Shown: positions 54,351 through 64,000 of the stretch, one piece after another
Layout of the letters: each line of letters opens with the position of its first letter
Position numbering within the stretch: position 1 is the first letter of the stretch
Assembly: GCA_951406725.2 (NCBI GenBank)
Contig: OX597820.1
Location: 21,266,001 to 21,330,000 of the forward strand
Reading direction: 5' to 3'
Origin: Octopus vulgaris
Lineage: Eukaryota
Length of the DNA: 64,000 bases
Made by a program: the position numbers and the translations under genes
Notes under the pieces: model-generated
Databases searched by the model: none
What the model saw: only the letters and a program-made list of their open reading frames with translations
Told to the model about the DNA's origin: nothing

Positions 54351-56093
54351 AATGAATTTGAAAATCTGAATTGGATATGATTAACACAAAAGTTGTAAAG
54401 GTGACAATGTTTTAGGAGAACACACAAAAAATAGAGAAAAATGTTTAATCCTTTAGATTATTCTTTCCAATCTAATACTCCCTTTTTCACATTATTTTTA
54501 ATTAATCATGCAAGATATCATATCCTTGAGACTCTATTTTTGAAATAGAAGCATTTTAAGTAGACTCTTTTGTGACTTGTGTGATGGTCGTGATACAGAT
54601 GATGATGATAATGATGCTAATCATCATCATCCCCATCGTCATCTTCCTCCTCCTCCTCCTCCTCCTCCTCCTCATCATCATCATCATCATCACTATCAAG
54701 GTAATGACTGCAAAACAACTTTCTGAATGAAGGAGTGGTTTACAGTAGAAAAAAATTTCCTACTTTTTTTTTTAGAACATCTACTTTTGGAAACACCTTC
54801 AAATGTCTGAAATTACAGATGTATTCAATATATATTTTCTTGATGGCGAAAACAGACATTAGAATGAGGGTAAGAGATTCTCCAAAAAGAAAAGTTTTTT
54901 TGTTTTTCTTGTTCCATCTGTACTTTTACAGTGTGGTTAACATAAAAAGGAAAAACAATTACATGCTCTAATACAGTCCACTCTGACCTGATTTCAATCC
55001 CGGTTTGAAATTACTTGAGTCCCAGGAGGAAAGACATGTATGTCATTTATAGTGTCAAAACAAATAACTTGAAGATTTAACAACGTATCTAGAACACTAC
55101 TCATGCTTTTAAACTTTCTCAATTTCTTTCCTGTGTTTCCTGGATACCCACATTCTTATTCACCATGGATATAATATCCCTATATACTGTCATTCTCAAT
55201 GAAGACATGATTTTGATGGAAGAGGTATACTGTTATCAAATCGTTAAGTAGAGAGAGCAGATGTCATCATGTAATCAACATACAATATAATAAATTACCA
55301 AGTTGTTGTCTTTGTATGGAAATTACGATGTTTGTAAACAAACAAAGTTTGCTCTTTAAAAGCGTTGAGATGTATTGAAATATACAAATATGGAAATATT
55401 TTATTCTCAAGAGCATAATAATAATGCTGAATAGCATAAAACATCCTTATGTTGCAGAAAAAATTGTTAGCAGCCAGCCATGAAACTTGAACTCACATCC
55501 CTTGATTACCAGTCATAGTGTTTTACGATTAGGCTAAACTGCCATCAAACAAATTCTTCTGCAATTTTTTAACTTATGGAATAACTATATGTGAAATTAC
55601 GATATATGTAAGCAAAGTTTGTTTTTATGTAGCGTTGAGATGTATTAAAATAGACAAATATGGAAATATTTTACTCTCAAATGCAAAATAATAATGCTGG
55701 ATTGCATAAATATGATAGAACATCCTTATATTGCAGAAAAATTCGTTAGCAGCTAGCTAATTAAATCTAAATGAGATGAGGTCAGTCCAACAAATCTAAA
55801 GGATTGGATTCATCCAACCCATGCTTGTATGGACAATGAATGTAAAATGATGATGATGAGGGGGGGGGGGATGGATGGCTTGTTGCAATTTGATTCTGAT
55901 GTTTATTACATATTAAACAAACAGAAAGTACAGTGACTATCAATACATACATACATATGTGTGTGTATACATATACATGCATACATATATATATACATAC
56001 ATACATATGTGTGTGTATACATATACATGCATACATATATATATACATACATATATATATACATACATACATACATACATACATACAAATATG

Positions 56094-56134
<41 letters not shown>

Positions 56135-56619
56135 CTTCTTGTCCAGTATTTTAAATCTGGGATTATCCCCATTAATGTGGGTGGCCGGAGATACCTCTAG
56201 CTCTTACAGTAACCACCCATACACCATCTCACCATCTCACCCATTTTGGGGCATCCTCCCTCCATAAGCCAACCCTCCCAATATCCTTGTCCACCTATCC
56301 CCTCTACATTTTCTTTGGCCAACCACATTTTCACAGTTCATTCACTTTAAACTCAAGCACTCTCCTCAGAACATAATCGTCGTCCCTCCTCAACACATGT
56401 CCATACCACCGCACTCCATTCACCCTTGCCAGCTGTTCCACCGATTCCTCCAACCCCAGCATCCCCATCAAGTTCTCAGTCCTCTTTTTATCCAATAGTT
56501 TCACATATTGCTCTCACCATTGCTCTCTTGGTCCTTCTCACACATACACATAATACATATATACATACTTACATACATCTATATATGTATGTAAGTATGT
56601 ATGTATGTATGTATGTATG

Positions 56620-56670
<51 letters not shown>

Positions 56671-57391
56671 TATCCTTTACTTGTTTCTGTCATTTGACTG
56701 TGATCATATATATACATATATATACAACCTCCAAATTCAATTAGACAAATTTATTCAGAATACTTGAATTCCTGAGATTTTTCAACAAACAGCTGTCAAT
56801 TCTTTACACACTCACACACACATATAAAGTGAACCCCCACAGCCCATACACAGCACTTCACAATTTTTGAAAAGTTCCAGGAAAAGTATAAGCACTAAAA
56901 GAATATGGTAAAATAATAAACAGTATTTCTTCAGGTTTTCACTACTGTCTTCTTATATTAATATACCAGCTTAGAAGCCACACTCTGTGCAGACATTTAA
57001 GCTAGTTCCTGCAGAGGGCTAATTGAGCCTGCAGTCCAAAACTAAAGAGTGCAATAATAACAAAGCATTTATTGGAACCATACCAATATAGTATTACTTT
57101 AAATTCAGTTTAAATAGAAAATTTGTAAATTCACAAAATTTTGAAGTTCTTCTAAAGTTTGAATTTTCAACTGTTAGCATGTAACAAATCCTAATCCAGA
57201 TCTGATCCCAATGCTGGATGTTCAAGAACCAAATGAAGGGCAGATTTTCGATCTTCGGATCATTCTGATTCCAAAAAGGTATAATATGTCTATGTAGAAC
57301 AAATGTAGACTGAAATACAGGAGTCCCAGCCGGACAGACAGAATTTCAAGTTTATTAATATAGATCGAATATCTACAATATAGACACTCTA

Positions 57392-57592
57392 TACATACGT
57401 GCATACATTAATACATGCATACATTAATAGATGCATACATTAATACATGCATACATTAATACGTGCATACATTAATACATGCATACATTAATATGTGCAT
57501 AAATTAATACATGCATACATTAATACATGCATACATTAATAATGCATACATTAATACATGCATACATTAATACATACATACATTAATATGTG
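57392..57592. repeat. 16-bp minisatellite (gcatacattaatacat), about 12 copies
   Basis: Seen directly. Confidence 0.9.
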
Positions 57593-57644
57593 CTTTATGG
57601 AAGGTGAGTGCTAAGGAGTGCTAAGGAGTGCTAAGGGAAATTAT

Positions 57645-57865
57645 AATGTCATTTTCTGTCCGAACATGCTTGCTGCATGTTCAAACTGGGGAAGAAGCTA
57701 ATCACTGAATTTTGTCACAGTGAATATATCTTGCCTGTTGAAAATTTGTTAAAAAGTGAGGTATATTTGTCAGCAAGCAAGATATATTCTGTGTAACAAA
57801 ATGCAGTGAGTAGCTTGTTCCCCAGTTCAAACATGCATCAAGCATATGCGGACTGATAATAACAT
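57645..57865. mobile_element. Palindromic MITE-like element
   Basis: About 90-bp imperfect inverted arms (gtccgaacatgcttgctgcatgtt.. / ..aacatgcatcaagcatatgcggac). Confidence 0.65.
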
Positions 57866-57926
57866 AGCAAAATTAAGACATGCATACATACATATTAGAG
57901 TAGAATAGCTTTCATGAAGCATTGTC

Positions 57927-57968
<42 letters not shown>

Positions 57969-58177
57969 TTTTATTCTTTTATTTGTTTCAGTGATTTGAC
58001 TGTGGCTATGCTGGAGCACCGCTTTTAATCAAACAAATCAAACCCAAGACTTATTTTTGTAAGTTCTATCGGTCTCTTTGCTGAACCGCCAAGTTACAGG
58101 GATGTAAACACACCAACATTGGTTGTCAAGTGATGGCAGGAGGACAAACACAGACACATAAATACATACATACATGT

Positions 58178-58436
58178 TTTGTTTGTTCCTTCTCAAGCCA
58201 TGCCTGGCTCATAAGGGCCGGTTTCCTGGTTTCCTTGGCGTATAGGTTACCCACCTGGATGGGACGCTGGTCCATCACAGGTGAGCTGCTAGATGCAGGA
58301 GGGAAGAGTGAGAGAAAGTTGTAGTGAAAGAGTCAGCAGAAGTTCGCCATTACCTTCTACCGGAGCTGCGTGGAGCTTAGGTGTTTTGCTTATACACACA
58401 TCGCTCGGTCTGAGATTCGAACCCACAATCCCTCAA
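58178..58436 (-). mobile_element. SINE family C, head truncated
   Basis: Matches 32620-32925. Confidence 0.8.
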
Positions 58437-59679
58437 CATACATATTGACCACTAAATCCACAAGTTCTTTTTATTCTCTCTCTGTTTATTTCCTCATGTT
58501 CCTTTCTGTTGAAGAGCATAGGCTCAAAACATAAAACACTTTCTCATTTTCCCAAGTATCAAACTAATACACCTCCTTGTTGTTTAGACATCTGTCCTCA
58601 TTTTTTGTTTTTCTGTACATTTCAACTATATATATATATTCAGCAAAATTTAGATTCAGATGAATATGATACTTAAGTCAAAGACACCAGAATTTTGTAT
58701 GGTACTATCCAAATAAATCCACGGGGTGACTACAATCAAAATAAGCAACAAGTATTCCGAGGTAATGTGGTACTTCAAATAAAATGAAGTAGCATGAAAC
58801 GATCGTACCACATTACCTCGGATATACTTGTTGCTTATTTTGCTGAGCGTCAATAATACTTTAATTGTTCCACGTCCTGCGTTGCTGTGTTTTTTTCTGT
58901 TTTTTTTCTGTGTTTTCTTGTTTGGATTAACTTTATATACATACATATATATATATATATATATATGTATATATTTATATATATATATATGATGTGCTTC
59001 TTTGAGTTTCCGTCTACCAAATCCATTCACACGGCTTCGATTGGCCCAAGGCAATAGTAGAAAACACTTGCCCAAGGTGCCACACAATGAGACTAGACCC
59101 AGAACCATGTGGTTGGTAAACAAGCTACCAAGCTACTTATCAAACAGCCACTCCTGCGTGCATATATATATATATATATAGCTGGCAGAAACATTAGCAT
59201 GCCAGGCAAAATGCTTGGAGGTACTTGTCTGTCTATATGTTCTGAGTTCAAATTCCACCTAGGTCGACTTTGCTTTTCATCTTTTCGGGGTCAATAAATT
59301 AAGTACGAGTTGCGTACTGGGGTCAATCTCATCAACTGGTTCCCTCCTCCAAAATTCGGGCCTTGTGCCTAGCATAGAAAAGTAGAGAAGAATATTTCAG
59401 GATTAAGTCCCCTCCTTCAGAAAGTTTCCAGAGAAAAAAGCGTTTATATTAGTAGAGAAATTAGCTACTCACATGTTTTATTGTAGTATCAGGCATTAGT
59501 ACAAATCATCAATCTGTATGATTAACTTTTTTACAATTTGCATTGTTTTGGGAGACAGAAACTGAAAGAAGCCCATCACACATATATATATATAAATGTG
59601 TATGTGTGATGGGCTTCTTGTGTGTGTGTGTGTTATGAGCATATGTGTGTGACTGTGATAAACCAAATAAATAAGCTAG

Positions 59680-60030
59680 CAGATAACCGGTAAATATTAT
59701 TCATCTTATTCAGAGGAGATAGCAGTAACGTTACTTCAGCCAGACATCTTCTTGCTTTCCAGAAATGCTAAAACAATCGTTGCATTTGAACTTACAGTAT
59801 CCTGAGAGGACAGACTCAACATTTCTCACCAGCTATAGAAGACTAAATACCAGGACTTGGTCAACAAGACTTCATTCCTTTTGAGATCGGCTGCTGCAGC
59901 ATTCCATCGAGGTCAGTGTGATATTTCCTACAGAAAGCCAGTCTGGAACCCAAACAACTGAAGAAAGCCACCAAGGAAATAGACAAGACATTTGAATTCG
60001 ACTCAAGGTGGCTTGCTGCACGCCTCGGGT
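59680..60030 (+). mobile_element. Decayed RLE LINE fragment (HERO/R2-like)
   Basis: QPDIFLLSRNAKTIVAFELTVS*EDR..KTKYQDL..PFEIGC resembles the RPDIV..IELTVPWE..KY..PVEVGCRG pattern. Confidence 0.6.
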
Positions 60031-60437
60031 GAAGTGTACAGGCTAAGGTGTGAAATGTTTGTGACCTTAAGATACCTGTATCTGCATAGGGAAATACATC
60101 TCTAACATTTATTTTACTCTATTTAAAAATATCATTCGGAAATCACTTCTCAACATCAAGATGTTATTACGAATAATTTTAAAAACTACATATGGAAGTG
60201 TACTGAGTTGAAATTTGAATGTCAAGGGATCAATATTTAATATTCTGAAATTTCTTTTGTTCATATGAATTTAGAGAAGATGATCTCTAAATCAGATTTT
60301 GTTTGGTGTCGTGACATGATTTCAATCAAAGTGTTAGCATGCTTAAAATTTTGTCCCATGTTCATTAACCAGAAACGATTCTTATTCATAATAAAACAAT
60401 TTTGAATGTGAACTATTTGAGGAAACATACATAACCT

Positions 60438-60489
<52 letters not shown>

Positions 60490-60637
60490 GTACATATATA
60501 TATATATAATTGAACAGCCGAAATTTGCTATGATGATTCGGTGTCTGACTGAAGATTGAAGGCTTCGAATGATTTGTCTGTGTTCCGTGTTCGTCCCTTC
60601 CTGTATTTCACGTTCATTATATATAAAAACATTCATT

Positions 60638-62977
<2,340 letters not shown>

Positions 62978-64000
62978 TCATCATCATCATCGTCGTTTAG
63001 CGTCCGTTTTCCATGCTAGCATGGGTTGGACGGTTCTACTGGGGTCTGTGAAGCCAGAAGGCTTCATCAGGCCCAGTCAAATCTGGCAGTGTTTCTACGG
63101 CTGGATGCCCTTCCTAACGCCAACCACTCCGTGAGTGTAGTGGGTGCTTTTTACGTGCCACCCGCACAGGTGCCAGACAGAGCTGGCAAACGGCCACGAA
63201 CGGATGGTGCTTTTTATGTGCCACCGGCACAAGGGCCAGGCGAGGCTGGCAACGGACACGAAACGGGGCGGTGCTGGCAACGGTCGCGAAACGGAAGGTT
63301 CTCTTACATGCCACCGGCACTGGTAACACATCTGCAATTTCCATTGATCGATTTCCATTCTGATCCTCACTTGCCTCAACGGGTCTTCACAAGTAGAGTT
63401 TCGACATGCCACCGGCACTGGTAACACATCTGCAATTTCCATTGATCGATTTCCATTCTGATCCTCACTTGCCTCAACGGGTCTTCACAAGTAGAGTTTC
63501 GACATGCCACCGGCACTGGTAACACATCTGCAATTTCCATTGATCGATTTCGATTCTGATCCTCACTTGCCTCAACAGGTCTTCACAAGTAGAGTTTTGT
63601 GTCCCAAGAAGGGAAGGTATGCATACGTAGGCTGGCTCCATCCCAAGTAGAAGGCCACGGGTTATGGACTCACTTGTCCTGCCGGGTCTTCTCACGCACA
63701 GCACACTTCCAGAGGACTCGGTCTCTAGTCATTTCCTCAGTGAGACCTAAAGTTCGAAGGTCGTGCTTCACCACCTCGTCCCAGGTTTTCCTGGGTCTGC
63801 CTCTTCCACAGGTTCCCTCAACCGCTAGGGTGTGGCACTTTTTCACACAACTATCTTCATCCATTCTCGCCACATGACCATACCAGCGCAATCGTCTCTC
63901 TTGCACACCACAACTGATGCTTCTTAGGTCCAGCTTTTCTCTCAAGGTACTTACACTCTGTCGATTATGAACACTGACATTACACATCCATCGGAGCATA
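62978..64000 (-). mobile_element. RTE-clade LINE 3' end (continues beyond window)
   Basis: ORF 63670-63999 is nearly identical to 61391-61738; same terminal 3' UTR and (GAT)n tail. Confidence 0.92.

Noticed and set aside
54995-55156. 53-codon open minus frame ECGYPGNTGKK..SNRD
   Set aside because: No convincing acceptor, start codon or homology.
57199-57278. Apparent + exon LIPMLDVQEPNEGQIFDLRIILIPK
   Set aside because: The acceptor is poor and the segment runs into a cagacagaatttc..tttattaatatagat end typical of the Helitron-like repeats here.

Overview
AT-rich, microsatellite-dense eukaryotic DNA. The SINE/LINE repertoire is typical of a coleoid cephalopod, most likely Octopus (inferred from repeat families, not verified). 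Most of the window is transposon-derived: four or more tRNA-headed SINE families, RTE, CR1 and RLE-type (R4/Dong-like, HERO-like) LINE fragments, a full-length decayed mariner, mariner-derived foldback elements, TA- and TTAA-target MITEs, and non-autonomous Helitrons. Almost all ORFs in the supplied track are microsatellite artefacts. Gene signal is sparse. There is a + strand exon carrying the nucleotide-cyclase C-terminal motif GKGLMPTYWL (37598-37707) with a candidate terminal exon near 45.7 kb, and two phase-compatible - strand exons (6095-5872, 1390-1272) of an unidentified, possibly secreted protein. A weaker chain of - strand exon candidates lies at 31.7-18.0 kb. The most unusual element is a head-to-head dimer of a tRNA-headed element with a Penelope-type minimal hammerhead motif in its tail, bounded as one unit by a 14-bp direct repeat (1552-2257). 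Boundaries of decayed repeats were read by eye and are approximate.
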